Below are positions 42,134 to 52,763 of a DNA stretch of 64,000 bases, piece after piece. The stretch comes from Candidatus Latescibacterota bacterium (lineage in GTDB: Bacteria > Latescibacterota > UBA2968 > GCA-2709665), in contig CBDDDZ010000005.1 in the NCBI GenBank assembly GCA_965226795.1, positions 768,001 to 832,000 of the forward strand, given 5' to 3'. The notes beneath the pieces are model-generated. The model was not told the origin of the DNA and searched no databases. It saw only the letters and a list, made by a program, of their open reading frames with translations. Each line of letters begins with the position of its first letter. Positions within the stretch are counted from its first letter, which is position 1. A program made the position numbers and the translations under genes.

Positions 42134-45100
42134 ATGTTATCGTCGAGCGGACACCCATTCAAGGGAATCACTGTGGATCCGAGATTTCTCCTGGAAGAAG
42201 GCGTCGGGATCTTTACCGGCAATGAGCTCATTGTCAAAGGCGGACTGGAGCACCGCATGGGTATGCTGACCGGCTACCCCGGTTCTCCGGTCGCGGAGGT
42301 CTTCGACGCGGCGGAACGAATCCGGGAACTGCTGGTTGAGAAGGGTGTGGTGGTGCAGATCGCCAACAACGAAGCGCTCAGCGCCGCGCGGTTGAACGGT
42401 ACCCAGATGACGCCCGTCCGCGCTATGGCGGTGATGAAGAGTGTGGGTGTACATGTGGCGTCTGACGGACTTGCTCTGGGAAATATGGCGGGTACGGCGC
42501 CCGGGGGAGCGGCCGTGGCGGTGTTTGGCGACGATACGTGGTCCGAAGGCACCCAGGTGCCGGCCGATTCCCGGTTTATCGCCAAACATCTTTATATGCC
42601 CATACTGGAGCCGAGTACGTTCCAGGAAATAAAGGACTGGATCGGAGTCGCGTTCGATCTTTCCGAAAAAACCCGCCTTTACGTGGCCCTTCTCATTACC
42701 TCCAACCAGGCGGATGGAGGGGGCACCGTCACGGTAGGGCCGAATCGTTTCCCGGAGCTGACGCCGCATACGCCCGTAACCATCGACAGCAGGTCGATTC
42801 CGCTCGACGACCGGGTGATCATTCCCCCCAGCACGGCCATCAAGGAGGAAGATGTACTTCATCGACGGATGCCGGCGTTACTCGAATACGCCCGCGAATA
42901 CAATCTGAATCGCATTCTGTATCCGCCTGTTTCGGGGAAAAAGCGAATCGGATTCATCAGTTCCAGCCTCGCCTACTGTTACCTGGAGCACGTGATGAAT
43001 ATGGTGGGCCTGGAAGGCAGCATTCCCATTTTGAAATATGGGCTGACGCATCCCGTGGACTCTGAAATTCTGAAGGCCTTCGTGGCCCTGGTCGACGAGA
43101 TATACGTGGTGGAAGAGAAGCGCGGGTTTCTGGAAGGGCAAGTCACGGCCGCGTTGCAGGGATTGTATCAGGATGGAGAAATCGGCGCGTTCCGTATCTG
43201 GGGGAAGCGCTTTCCAAATGGTCAACCGGGTTTTCCGGACAGCAAGGGTATGAATCCATCCATTCTGCTCAAGGCCGTGGCGCCCGTGTTGTTGGGCCTG
43301 AACGACCCCACCGTGCCCATTGACCGGGAGCGGATTGCGCGGGAGGTCGACCTCGTCGACGAGACGGCCAACTTCCAGGTGCAGGCGGCCGTTCGCACCC
43401 CCTCCTTCTGCCCCGGTTGCCCGCATCGGGATTCAGCCAGTGTGTTGAATCGGGTCATCGACGATTTCAGCAGTGCGGATTATATGCGGAAACACCATCA
43501 GAGAGACCCGGCGGACCTGGTGTTTCACGGAGATATCGGTTGTTATTCCCTGTTGAAATACAAGCCCTTTGACCGGCTCATGCACAATTTGTCCGGGATG
43601 GGGTTGGGCGGGGGCACAGGTGCCGGTGTCGATCCCTATATCAACAACAAGCAGCTCGTCTTTATGGGAGACTCGACCTTTTTTCACAGCGGAATGGCGG
43701 CGATTTCCGATTCGATAAAACACGGCCAGGACATTACCTACGTCATCCTGGACAATAAGACAACGGCAATGACAGGGCACCAGCCCACGCCGGGAGTAGA
43801 CGTGGATATCCTGGGCAAGCCGACGTTCGCCCAGGATATCGAACTGATTGTGCGCGGCATGGCAGGGGCGGGGGATAGTGTGTTTATCGCGCGTAGGGAT
43901 CCGGCGGAACGGACATCCTACCGACAGATACTTGAAAGCGCGCTGTTGAAGGATGGCGTTAAGATCGTTATCGCCGACAAGGAGTGTGGAATTACGTTCC
44001 ACCGCAGGCAGCGCGCCCTGCAGAACGAGATTGTGCAGGATAGGGGATACCTGCCCGAGGAACGGCATATCAACATCACGCCGGAGGTCTGCGAATATTG
44101 CCTGGAATGCACGCGGGCAACCGGCTGCAGCGGATTGACGGTCGAGGAGACGTTGCACGGGCCCAAGATCGCCACGGATCTCTCGCTGTGTGTGGCGGAC
44201 GGAGCATGTACAAGAGTGACCGTTTCAGATGGCGATGGCACTTGCCCGTCGTTTGAGGAGGTCATTGTAAAGCGCACCCGGCCAGCGCAAAGACAGACAC
44301 AAGCAGTCGACCTTTCGAATCTGCCTGCGCCCGAAGTAAAAGCATTCCACACCACCTGGTACGCGTACATAGCCGGGGTGGGGGGCATGGGCATAAATAC
44401 CATCGCCGCGATTCTCTCCGTCGCCGGCGCCCGGCAGGGTTATACCGTTCGGTTTACCAACAAAAAGGGGCTGGCCATCCGAAACGGGTCCGTGTATTCC
44501 CATGTGAGTTTTACGAAGGGCGACCGCGTGATTTCTCAAATCACGCCCTACGGACATGCCGACTTGCTTCTCGGCCTGGATATCCTTGAGGCGGTGCGTG
44601 GGCTGGAATCCAAGGGAAACGGGCGTGTCGCCAGCCCGAGACGTACGACCGCTGTGGTCGAGACAGGCAAGCGGCACACGGTACTGACACTTACCGGAGA
44701 GGACGAATTCGATACCTCTGAACTGGAGGACGTGCTGAAGCGGCACACGAAATCCGAGGGGTATTTCGGAATGGACCTGGGGGAGATCTCGGAGCGTTTC
44801 CTGGGCAACAAGATCTATGCCAACAGCATCCTTCTCGGGGTTGCCTATCAGCGGGGCGTGTTACCGCTGAAACTGGAACACGTAAAATGGTCGATGGAGC
44901 GCAACATTAAGCGCATCGACCTCGAGTCCAATTTGAAGGCGTTTGACCTCGGGCGTAAAATCGCCGTCGATCCGGAAGTTGTCGCCGAGGAGAAACCTCC
45001 GCTTTCCTACCGGGAATTGATCGAAGATAAGGCTGGCATTCTCGAACGCGGAAAGGGCAGGAAAGCGCGCGCCCCTTATCTTGAATTGGCGTCCGCGTTG

Positions 45101-45778
45101 GAGCCGTTGGCCCTGGTCGAAGAGGATCTCCGGCAGTTCGCCCTTGGCGTATACGATCTGATGCAGTGGGACGGCGCAGACTACGCCAGGTCTTACGTGC
45201 GACGGGTGCGGAAGGTGTACAAGTACGACCGGCCGGAGGAAGGGTACGAGGCAACCCGCGCCGTCATCAGGTACCTGCCTCGGGTAATGGCTTACAAGGA
45301 TGAAGTGTACGTCGCGCATCTGCTGACGAGCGAAGAGAAGTACCGGCGCGATTGCGAGCGATACAACGTGTGCGCCGAGCGCGGAGACCGGATTGCCTAC
45401 CGCCACTTCAACCGGGGAAATTTCAATATTCTGGGGTTCAACGTTTACCTCAAACTGACAACCCGGGACTGGATGCTGAAGTTGATGAAACGCATGAAGT
45501 TCCTGCGCAAATTGATGCCGTCGTGGCATAAGGAGGAGAAGGCTTACCGCGATTGGTATATCGAGTTTGTCGATCGGTTCGAATACGATCACGAGGAACG
45601 GTACGGGGAATATGTCCGCGTGTTCCGGATGCCGGACGAGGTGCGCGGTTATCGCGAGGTGATCCGTCCCAAAATCAAGGCCGCGTATCAGGCGGCGGCT
45701 GCGATGATGAACGGCGACGGACGTCCCCCGGTTACCGAACCTTATCTTTCCATCGAGCCCGTTGCTGAACGGGTCTGA
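42134..45778 (+). CDS. Fused indolepyruvate:ferredoxin oxidoreductase (IorA-IorB-like)
   Basis: TGYPGSP, ANNEA, RTPSFCPGCPH, GDIGCY, GDSTFFHSG..LDNKTTAMTG (TPP), ferredoxin Cys motifs, GVGGMG gamma-like domain. Confidence 0.85.
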   Translation: MLSSSGHPFKGITVDPRFLLEEGVGIFTGNELIVKGGLEHRMGMLTGYPGSPVAEVFDAAERIRELLVEKGVVVQIANNEALSAARLNGTQMTPVRAMAVMKSVGVHVASDGLALGNMAGTAPGGAAVAVFGDDTWSEGTQVPADSRFIAKHLYMPILEPSTFQEIKDWIGVAFDLSEKTRLYVALLITSNQADGGGTVTVGPNRFPELTPHTPVTIDSRSIPLDDRVIIPPSTAIKEEDVLHRRMPALLEYAREYNLNRILYPPVSGKKRIGFISSSLAYCYLEHVMNMVGLEGSIPILKYGLTHPVDSEILKAFVALVDEIYVVEEKRGFLEGQVTAALQGLYQDGEIGAFRIWGKRFPNGQPGFPDSKGMNPSILLKAVAPVLLGLNDPTVPIDRERIAREVDLVDETANFQVQAAVRTPSFCPGCPHRDSASVLNRVIDDFSSADYMRKHHQRDPADLVFHGDIGCYSLLKYKPFDRLMHNLSGMGLGGGTGAGVDPYINNKQLVFMGDSTFFHSGMAAISDSIKHGQDITYVILDNKTTAMTGHQPTPGVDVDILGKPTFAQDIELIVRGMAGAGDSVFIARRDPAERTSYRQILESALLKDGVKIVIADKECGITFHRRQRALQNEIVQDRGYLPEERHINITPEVCEYCLECTRATGCSGLTVEETLHGPKIATDLSLCVADGACTRVTVSDGDGTCPSFEEVIVKRTRPAQRQTQAVDLSNLPAPEVKAFHTTWYAYIAGVGGMGINTIAAILSVAGARQGYTVRFTNKKGLAIRNGSVYSHVSFTKGDRVISQITPYGHADLLLGLDILEAVRGLESKGNGRVASPRRTTAVVETGKRHTVLTLTGEDEFDTSELEDVLKRHTKSEGYFGMDLGEISERFLGNKIYANSILLGVAYQRGVLPLKLEHVKWSMERNIKRIDLESNLKAFDLGRKIAVDPEVVAEEKPPLSYRELIEDKAGILERGKGRKARAPYLELASALEPLALVEEDLRQFALGVYDLMQWDGADYARSYVRRVRKVYKYDRPEEGYEATRAVIRYLPRVMAYKDEVYVAHLLTSEEKYRRDCERYNVCAERGDRIAYRHFNRGNFNILGFNVYLKLTTRDWMLKLMKRMKFLRKLMPSWHKEEKAYRDWYIEFVDRFEYDHEERYGEYVRVFRMPDEVRGYREVIRPKIKAAYQAAAAMMNGDGRPPVTEPYLSIEPVAERV

Positions 45779-45842
45779 TACGGAAGGCGGTGAAGGCCTG
45801 GCAGTTTTCTCCATGCGGCCTCGCACTGTCTCGGACGGAGAT

Positions 45843-46892
45843 ATGTTGAAGGTCGGTGTAGCCGGTTTGAGGCGTGGACGAAGCCTTGCAAGTACGTTCC
45901 AGAACCATCGGGAAACGCGCTTGGCGGCAATTTGCGAACCGGATGCCCAGCGGCGGGAACATGCGGCTGAGGCATTCGGCGTCGGACAGGCGTACGCCGA
46001 TTTTGACGCATTTCTGTCGGCAGACCTGGATGTGGTTGTCGTCGCGACGCCGGCGCCTCTGCATGCGATACAATCCATTCGGGCAATGGAAGCCGGAGCG
46101 CACGTCCTGAGCGAGGTGCCGGCAGCCTGGACGCTGGAGGAAAGTGACGCGCTGGCCGGGACCGTTCGTCGCACCGGACGGATCTACATGATGGCGGAGA
46201 ATATGAACTTCTACCATTATGTTCAAGACTGGAAGACAAAAATCCAGTCGGGCGCGATCGGGCGTGTTTTCTACGCGGAAGCGGAGTATATACACGATTG
46301 CCGGAAACTGATGCGGAGCCCGGGAGGACAGCTTACTTGGCGGGCGTCGATGCCGCCCATCTACTATTGTACGCATAGCCTGGGACCGGTGCTGGATATC
46401 CTCGACGACCGTTGCGTATCGGCTGTGGGCATGTCAACCGGCACGCATACCGCACCCGAGGTCGGCTCAATTGACATGGAGGTGGGGTTGTTTCGGACGG
46501 AGAAGGGATGCGTCGTCAAGATCCTGTGCGGGTTTACCGTGACCCGGGAGCCCGCGATGCACTGGCAGATTTTCTACGGTACCGAGGGCACCCTGGAAAA
46601 TAGGCGGGCGCCGTGGGAAGAGGCCAAGATTTCCCGTTCGGGGGAGGGGACAATGGTGCCAATCCCGGCGGAAGACTCGGATCCCGATGCGCCCGATGAG
46701 GCGCTTGCGGGCGGGCACGGGACGTCGGAATATTTCATGGTGGACCGGTTCGTGGCGGCGATTACCGGGCGAGGGCCCGTACCGATAGACGTATACCGAT
46801 CGCTTGACTTCTCAACACCGGGTCTGTGTGCGCACCTGTCCGCCGAGCAGGGAAGCGTGCCGGTTGACGTTCCGGATTTCAGGGTCCATTGA
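45843..46892 (+). CDS. Gfo/Idh/MocA family oxidoreductase
   Basis: KVGVAG, VATP..H, HVLSEVPA, MMAEN, YAEAEYIHD, YCTHSLGP. Confidence 0.85.
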   Translation: MLKVGVAGLRRGRSLASTFQNHRETRLAAICEPDAQRREHAAEAFGVGQAYADFDAFLSADLDVVVVATPAPLHAIQSIRAMEAGAHVLSEVPAAWTLEESDALAGTVRRTGRIYMMAENMNFYHYVQDWKTKIQSGAIGRVFYAEAEYIHDCRKLMRSPGGQLTWRASMPPIYYCTHSLGPVLDILDDRCVSAVGMSTGTHTAPEVGSIDMEVGLFRTEKGCVVKILCGFTVTREPAMHWQIFYGTEGTLENRRAPWEEAKISRSGEGTMVPIPAEDSDPDAPDEALAGGHGTSEYFMVDRFVAAITGRGPVPIDVYRSLDFSTPGLCAHLSAEQGSVPVDVPDFRVH

Positions 46893-47095
46893 GTCCTGCC
46901 GTCACCGGCTGGCAGGCGCCGGAGCTGGCGGAGCGGCGTACCGCATTGCGGATCCTTGTTTGCATTCTTGAATCGGTCGACCTGATTGTGTATATTCGAC
47001 GGGTGATCAGGTGGAATTTCTGAGACGGGTCCGGTCGGAGCCACCGCGGGCCGACAGCATCGAACCCAATTTTCAATTTCCAAGGAGGGCGTGTT

Positions 47096-48241
47096 TTGGC
47101 TGCTAAAGATTGGACGACGTTCAATGCTTCGGCGAATCTGCGTGTGGTGGTCACCAAGGAGCTTCCTGGCGACCGCTGGCTGAATATTCTGGAACAGGCG
47201 GGCTGCCGCGTTGAATACAATACCTCCACCCGGATATTGCAGGTGAATGAAATCGAGGCGGCAATCGGTGATCGGTGCGACGGCGTGATCGGGCAGCTTA
47301 CCGAAGATTGGGGCGAGCCTCTCTTCTCCGCACTGAAATCGGCCGGCGGCAAGGCGTACAGCAACTATGCGGTCGGTTTCAACAATGTGGATGTGGATGC
47401 GGCCACGCAGAATGGAATCCCGGTGGGAAATACACCCGGCGTGTTGACGGAGACCACCGCGGAGATGGCAGCTGCCCTTACGTTCTCGGCCGCGCGTCGC
47501 GTGGTGGAGGCCGATGAATACATGCGTGGCGGCAGGTACGAGGGATGGCTGCCTACCCTGTTCCTGGGGCAGTTGCTGAACCGGAAGACCGTGGGCGTGG
47601 TCGGTGCGGGGCGGATCGGCGCGACCTATGCCCGCATGATGGTCGAAGGTTTCAAGATGAACTTTATCTATTACGATCCCTATCCCAACGAGAGGCTCGA
47701 GAACTACATTCGGGATTACGCCGCGTTCCTGGAGGGGCAGGGTGAAGAGCCTGTTGGCGTTACCAGAGCGGACTCCGTGGCCGAGGTGTTGCGCGAGGCC
47801 GACGTGGTCAGCCTGCATCCGCTTCTCGATCCGACGACCCACCACCTGATGAACGAGGAAACTCTGAACCTGATGAAACGTGATGCGATTCTCGTGAATG
47901 CCAGCCGGGGCCCCGTCATCGACGAAAGCGCGCTCGTGGCGCACTGCAGGAAAAATCCCGACTTCCGCGTCGGGCTCGATGTCTTCGAAAATGAGCCGGA
48001 AATGAAACCCGGGTTGAATGAGTTGAACAACGTTGTGATTGTTCCCCACATCGCGTCGGCAACGAGTTGGACCCGTGAAGGCATGGCGACGCTCGCCGCT
48101 AGCAACGTGGCCGGCATTTTGAGGGGCTTTCCCACGTGGGCGGACCAGGACGACATACTGCCGTTTTTGGACGACAAGGCGCCCAACGCGTGTCCGAGTA
48201 TTGTGAATGCAAAGGAACTGGGACTGCCGGTCGCCGGGTAG
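47096..48241 (+). CDS. D-glycerate dehydrogenase / hydroxypyruvate reductase (plant HPR1-like)
   Basis: GNTPGVLTETTAE, GAGRIG, NASRGPVIDE, GLDVFENEP, PHIASA; TTG start with SD AAGGAGG. Confidence 0.88.
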   Translation: MAAKDWTTFNASANLRVVVTKELPGDRWLNILEQAGCRVEYNTSTRILQVNEIEAAIGDRCDGVIGQLTEDWGEPLFSALKSAGGKAYSNYAVGFNNVDVDAATQNGIPVGNTPGVLTETTAEMAAALTFSAARRVVEADEYMRGGRYEGWLPTLFLGQLLNRKTVGVVGAGRIGATYARMMVEGFKMNFIYYDPYPNERLENYIRDYAAFLEGQGEEPVGVTRADSVAEVLREADVVSLHPLLDPTTHHLMNEETLNLMKRDAILVNASRGPVIDESALVAHCRKNPDFRVGLDVFENEPEMKPGLNELNNVVIVPHIASATSWTREGMATLAASNVAGILRGFPTWADQDDILPFLDDKAPNACPSIVNAKELGLPVAG

Positions 48242-48342
48242 TTGAGCTGGTCCAAATGCGGAATATCAGGAGTACAGCGGCGGGGTTCTGCGCAAACAAG
48301 GCGTGAAATCCCGCCGCTCTGTTTATTCTGGCACGCCGTCGG

Positions 48343-49200
48343 TCACTCCGTTATCTTTGCGATTGCAATTCCGGATTCACCGGCAACCGAGTAGAGGAGA
48401 TAGGTGTCGTGGCCCTCCCGGTAGATCCCGGGATCGCGAAGCTGTCGCACCCGCTCGGGGGACCATCCGCGCTTCGAGGGTTGCAAAGGCAGGTCCGTGC
48501 CTTCGTAGACGGTTTCAGGTTCGAGGACGACCTCAGCCTTTGACGCCCGCCAGTTCATCCAGTCCGGTGTCAGGTCGACTCTGGACAGCAGAATGCGTTC
48601 GGGGCAATCGTGCGCGTTGGAATAGAAGACCGAGAGGGTGTTGTCATCCAGTTTCAGGGCGGTGTGGCGCTGGTCTTCGGAAAATAGCACGGGACCCGGC
48701 CGGAAGTCCGTGAGGCCATCCCGCGATCGATAGAAGATGCCGGGCATGCCCAGCGCGTACGTTGCGCCCCGCCATTGAAAGACCCGGAAGTAGGAATTGC
48801 CGAGATCTTCCGGGCGGGCCGTGAAGTGAACGCCGTCGGCAGACAGCGCGACTTTGGACTGTTGGCCACGGCCCGGTACCGGGCCGTGATAATACATTCT
48901 GATTTCACGATTCTCGTTGTCTACGTGGACGTCCGGCGAGGCGAGGTGGCCGGTCGTGTAGGCGTCGTGCAGGTGCAGCACACCCGGTTCGTAAGTGGTC
49001 CATGGGCCGGAGAGACGGTCCGAATAGGCAAGGCGGATGTACTCGCCTCGATGGTGGCCGAAATAGAGATAATACTTACCGAGGGCGTTCGGGAGCCAGT
49101 CGGGAGTCAGGACGAGCGATGGACCGTTGATGTTGGCTCCCATCCGGGAGTCCATCTGCGGGCGGACGATCGGGTTGTTCGGAAGGCGTTCAACGCGCAT
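48343..49200 (-). CDS. Putative five-bladed beta-propeller glycoside hydrolase-like protein
   Basis: NNPIV, NINGPSL, YYLYF, HLASPDVH, QLRDPGIY. Confidence 0.6.
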   Translation of the reverse strand: MRVERLPNNPIVRPQMDSRMGANINGPSLVLTPDWLPNALGKYYLYFGHHRGEYIRLAYSDRLSGPWTTYEPGVLHLHDAYTTGHLASPDVHVDNENREIRMYYHGPVPGRGQQSKVALSADGVHFTARPEDLGNSYFRVFQWRGATYALGMPGIFYRSRDGLTDFRPGPVLFSEDQRHTALKLDDNTLSVFYSNAHDCPERILLSRVDLTPDWMNWRASKAEVVLEPETVYEGTDLPLQPSKRGWSPERVRQLRDPGIYREGHDTYLLYSVAGESGIAIAKITE

Positions 49201-49222
49201 AGACAATGTCTCCCTGAATTCT

Positions 49223-50272
49223 GTGGGTAAATGCCGCCGACCGCGGCGCTCCGGACTGTGCGGTCTTTCACCTGAACCGGGTTTTGAAGTTATCGAAAAT
49301 AGTTTCAACAGACGCCTGTCGGTAGCGCCGATGATGGATTGGACGGACAGGCACGAACGGTATTTCCTGAGGTTGTTCTCCCGGTACATACTGCTTTATT
49401 CCGAGATGATTACCGTGGATGCCGTCCTCCGTGGTCGACGCGAGCAGCTTCTGAAACATCATCGCCGGGAGCATCCGGTGGCGCTTCAACTGGGAGGAAG
49501 CGACCCGGCGGCGCTGGCGCGCTGTGCGCAGATCGGAGAAGACCTCAGGTACGACGAGATCAATCTGAACGTGGGATGCCCGAGCGACCGCGTGCAGGCC
49601 GGGCGGTTCGGCGCGTGCCTCATGGCGGAGCCCGACCTGGTCGCCCGGTGCGTGGCGGCGATGCGCGAAGCGGTTGTGATTCCGGTAACCGTTAAGACAA
49701 GGATCGGAATTGATGGTCGGGATTCATACGCCAACCTCGTAAATTTCGTACGCGCCGTTTCCGGCGGCGGATGCCGGACCTTTGTCATCCACGCCAGAAA
49801 GGCCTGGCTGCAGGGGTTGAGTCCAAAGCAGAACCGTGAGATCCCGCCATTGCGATACGACGTCGTGTATCGGTTGAAACAGGACTTCCCGGACCTCGAG
49901 GTGATTCTGAACGGAGGAATCACGACCCGAGAACAGGTGCGTCTGCACCTCGAAAACGTAGATGGCGTCATGATCGGACGCGAGGCCTATCAGAATCCCT
50001 ATTTCCTGGCTTCCATGGATCAGATGTTCTACGGCGATACGCGTCCGGTGCCCGGGCGTCGGGAGATTCTGGATCGTTTCTGCGAGTACGTCGAAGATCA
50101 GTTGCACCAGGGGATGCCGCTGGGTGGCATGACGCGGCACATCCAAGGCCTCTTCCAGGGGATGCCGGGGGCTCGCGCCTGGCGCCGTCATCTGAGTGAG
50201 AACGCGCACAGGCCGGGATCGGGTGTGGAGGTGATTCAGCAAGCCGCGAGGTTCGTCCAGGGGCCGTCATAG
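49223..50272 (+). CDS. dusA: tRNA dihydrouridine(20/20a) synthase (start uncertain)
   Basis: SVAPMMDWTDRH, LQLGGS, NLNVGCPSDRVQ.G.FGA.LM, HARKAWLQGLSPKQNR. Confidence 0.92.
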   Translation: MGKCRRPRRSGLCGLSPEPGFEVIENSFNRRLSVAPMMDWTDRHERYFLRLFSRYILLYSEMITVDAVLRGRREQLLKHHRREHPVALQLGGSDPAALARCAQIGEDLRYDEINLNVGCPSDRVQAGRFGACLMAEPDLVARCVAAMREAVVIPVTVKTRIGIDGRDSYANLVNFVRAVSGGGCRTFVIHARKAWLQGLSPKQNREIPPLRYDVVYRLKQDFPDLEVILNGGITTREQVRLHLENVDGVMIGREAYQNPYFLASMDQMFYGDTRPVPGRREILDRFCEYVEDQLHQGMPLGGMTRHIQGLFQGMPGARAWRRHLSENAHRPGSGVEVIQQAARFVQGPS

Positions 50273-50317
50273 GTCGCTGAGAACCGCACCGCGTATGAGA
50301 GACCCTTCCCCGTATGC

Positions 50318-51103
50318 TTACTTTCGCACCGCCTGCCGGCAGGCTGCGACCACGTCGCCGTGGGATGTCGTGTATCCGATGTTGACTTCCGTGTCGATTA
50401 CGGCCGCCCGCGACAGGTCCAGGTTTTCGGATGTGTCCGCGACTTCAATGGCCGAGGTGCAGTCCCTGATAAGGATGATGTCGTAGCCGCGGTCCTTCAA
50501 TGCCCTCATACCGTAGTCCCTGAAGGGAACGCACATATTGGCGGCGAAGCCGGCGTAGAACAGGTGCAGGATCCCCCTGTGTTTCAGGAGGCGGTGCAGT
50601 TGGGCACCGCTAACGATAACGTCGTCGCCGTCGCGGGGTTCGGCTTCGGGAATGATGCGGCGGTTCTTGATAATCTCTTCGAAGACCTGATCGTGCGGAT
50701 CCTTTGGCTGTGCGAACACTTCATATTCGCCCGTTCTGGAACGGAATTCCGCGGGCGGCCAGTCGTCGCGGGGCTGCGACGGACGGCCGAAGACTTCCTC
50801 GTCGCCCGCAAAACGGGTCCACGACGCATAGCGTTTGGCGCAGTCCGGGCTGGGCGCGTGGATTACGGCCGCGCCGACGGATCGGAAGGCGTCCGCAACG
50901 GGAAGAATACGTTCAAGTGTGATGTTCCTTCCCCGCTCCAGGTGGGTGGACACAAAGTGGTCGCTCCACACGTCTACCAGCACCAGCGCGATCCGGTTCA
51001 CCGGGTATTCGTGGCGCAGGATTTTGAGATGGAAGTCTTCCTCTTTAACGTAGGCCTTCCTGGTGAGGTGGTAATACCGGACATCCAGTCGAATGGACTT
51101 CAT
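50318..51103 (-). CDS. Isochorismatase/cysteine hydrolase family protein
   Basis: ALVLVDVW, YAGFAANMCV, ILIRDCT. Confidence 0.75.
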   Translation of the reverse strand: MKSIRLDVRYYHLTRKAYVKEEDFHLKILRHEYPVNRIALVLVDVWSDHFVSTHLERGRNITLERILPVADAFRSVGAAVIHAPSPDCAKRYASWTRFAGDEEVFGRPSQPRDDWPPAEFRSRTGEYEVFAQPKDPHDQVFEEIIKNRRIIPEAEPRDGDDVIVSGAQLHRLLKHRGILHLFYAGFAANMCVPFRDYGMRALKDRGYDIILIRDCTSAIEVADTSENLDLSRAAVIDTEVNIGYTTSHGDVVAACRQAVRK

Positions 51104-51332
51104 AGGGGTCCCTTTCGGTACTTGGCGGCGATTATTAACCTCCGAATGCATGTGCAATATGGGAACGATCAACTAACGGTGTCAAGGGTAACCCGCGGCA
51201 GGGCGGTCACCTGCATTGGATTTCCCCCGTGGGCACGGCAGAGTTCAGCGGGCTGGCGCGAATCAGGTGCGACGTGGCTGTACCACTCTGGTCAGGGGCG
51301 GTTTATCCATTGGGAGAAAGGCGGTATCTGCG

Positions 51333-52703
51333 ATGAAGAGAGAACACATATGGGCGCATCATGAGTGGGATGCAACGATTAACTGGAAAGTGATGGAGGG
51401 CGGTTATGCAGACCTGCAGAGCGTGAGACCCGGTGAGGAGATCACATTTCACATTTCAAACTCACGTTCGTACTACGAAATATTAATCTTCCGGGAAGGT
51501 GCCACGCGGGAGTTGGTCAAGACAATCGAGGGACTGCGCGGAACCCTTCAGGAGGTCCCGGAGTTGGGCTATCAGAATGGATACGGGTGGGCGCCCACGG
51601 TGTCGTTCGTCATTCCGGATACCTGGAAGAGCGGAATCTATATTGCAACTTTCCCCACCGGACAGGGGCTGCGGGAGATCCTTTTCGTATTACGCCCCAG
51701 GTCTCCGGAATCGCCAATGTTGCTGACGGTTGCGACAAATACCTACCAGGCCTACAACAACGTGGGCGGAAAGTGTTTCTACGACTATATTTCCACCGAT
51801 CGGCAGCACGCCAAGTTACTGAGTTTCGAACGCCCCCTTCAGATGGAATGTCTGGGCAACTTCTATATCTGGGATCAGTTTTTCACATCCTGGATGGATT
51901 CGGCGGGGTACCGCGTCGATTATTGTGTGAACGGCGACCACGACGCGGAACCCGATATTCTGAAAGACTACCGGGCGAATGTGCGCTTCTGTCACGATGA
52001 GTACAACAGCCGGAACGAGTGCGAACAGTTGCAGCGATTCGTTAAGGATGGGGGCAATCTGATTCTGTTCGGGGGGAATTGTTTCTGCCAGGAGATCGAG
52101 TTGAGGAATCAGGGTAGGCAGATCTATTGTGCGAAGCCCTACTATCACGATCATCCGACGCCGGAACGGCCGGAGACGTCGTTTCTGTGTTTCCTGGACG
52201 ATCTGCGCCAGCGCACGATCGGTGTGTTCTACACGTCGTTTGTCCACACAAAGACACCCGATCCGAATGTGTTTCTGGCGCCCACTACAGAGGACTGGGG
52301 ATACTACCGTGTGTGCGAACCGGACCACTGGGTGTTTGAGGGAACAGGATTGGCCGAGGGGGACGAATTCGGACGTGAGGATTCGATCGTTGGCGTGGAG
52401 GCGGATGCGGCGGACCTGAAATTCGAAAATGGACGGCCGCGGTACACCGGCACGGATGGCGTGTCGCCGGAATATAGAATTGTGGCCATTGCGGATTGTA
52501 TGACGCCCGACGGGCACCGGCTGGTGAAGGAGGGTGGGAAAGAGGGCGTCGCGCGGTGCTACGGCACGGTGGCCATCAACGAAACGGAGTACAAGGGTAC
52601 GGTATTCAATGCCGCGACAATCGAGTGGGCGCACGGGCTGTACCGTGATGGTAGCGTGGTGGCGACGATTACGCGAAACGTACTCGACAGGTTGGCGACA
52701 TAA
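51333..52703 (+). CDS. N,N-dimethylformamidase beta-subunit family protein
   Basis: WKSGIY, TNTYQAYNNVGG, SFERP, HDEY, GGN, HWVFEGTGL, GVEAD, VFNAATIEW. Confidence 0.75.
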   Translation: MKREHIWAHHEWDATINWKVMEGGYADLQSVRPGEEITFHISNSRSYYEILIFREGATRELVKTIEGLRGTLQEVPELGYQNGYGWAPTVSFVIPDTWKSGIYIATFPTGQGLREILFVLRPRSPESPMLLTVATNTYQAYNNVGGKCFYDYISTDRQHAKLLSFERPLQMECLGNFYIWDQFFTSWMDSAGYRVDYCVNGDHDAEPDILKDYRANVRFCHDEYNSRNECEQLQRFVKDGGNLILFGGNCFCQEIELRNQGRQIYCAKPYYHDHPTPERPETSFLCFLDDLRQRTIGVFYTSFVHTKTPDPNVFLAPTTEDWGYYRVCEPDHWVFEGTGLAEGDEFGREDSIVGVEADAADLKFENGRPRYTGTDGVSPEYRIVAIADCMTPDGHRLVKEGGKEGVARCYGTVAINETEYKGTVFNAATIEWAHGLYRDGSVVATITRNVLDRLAT

Positions 52704-52763
52704 CACGGGTCGATTGCGATCCCCGACTCATTTGATCGGAAATCTTCAAACCGGGTATCTCCA

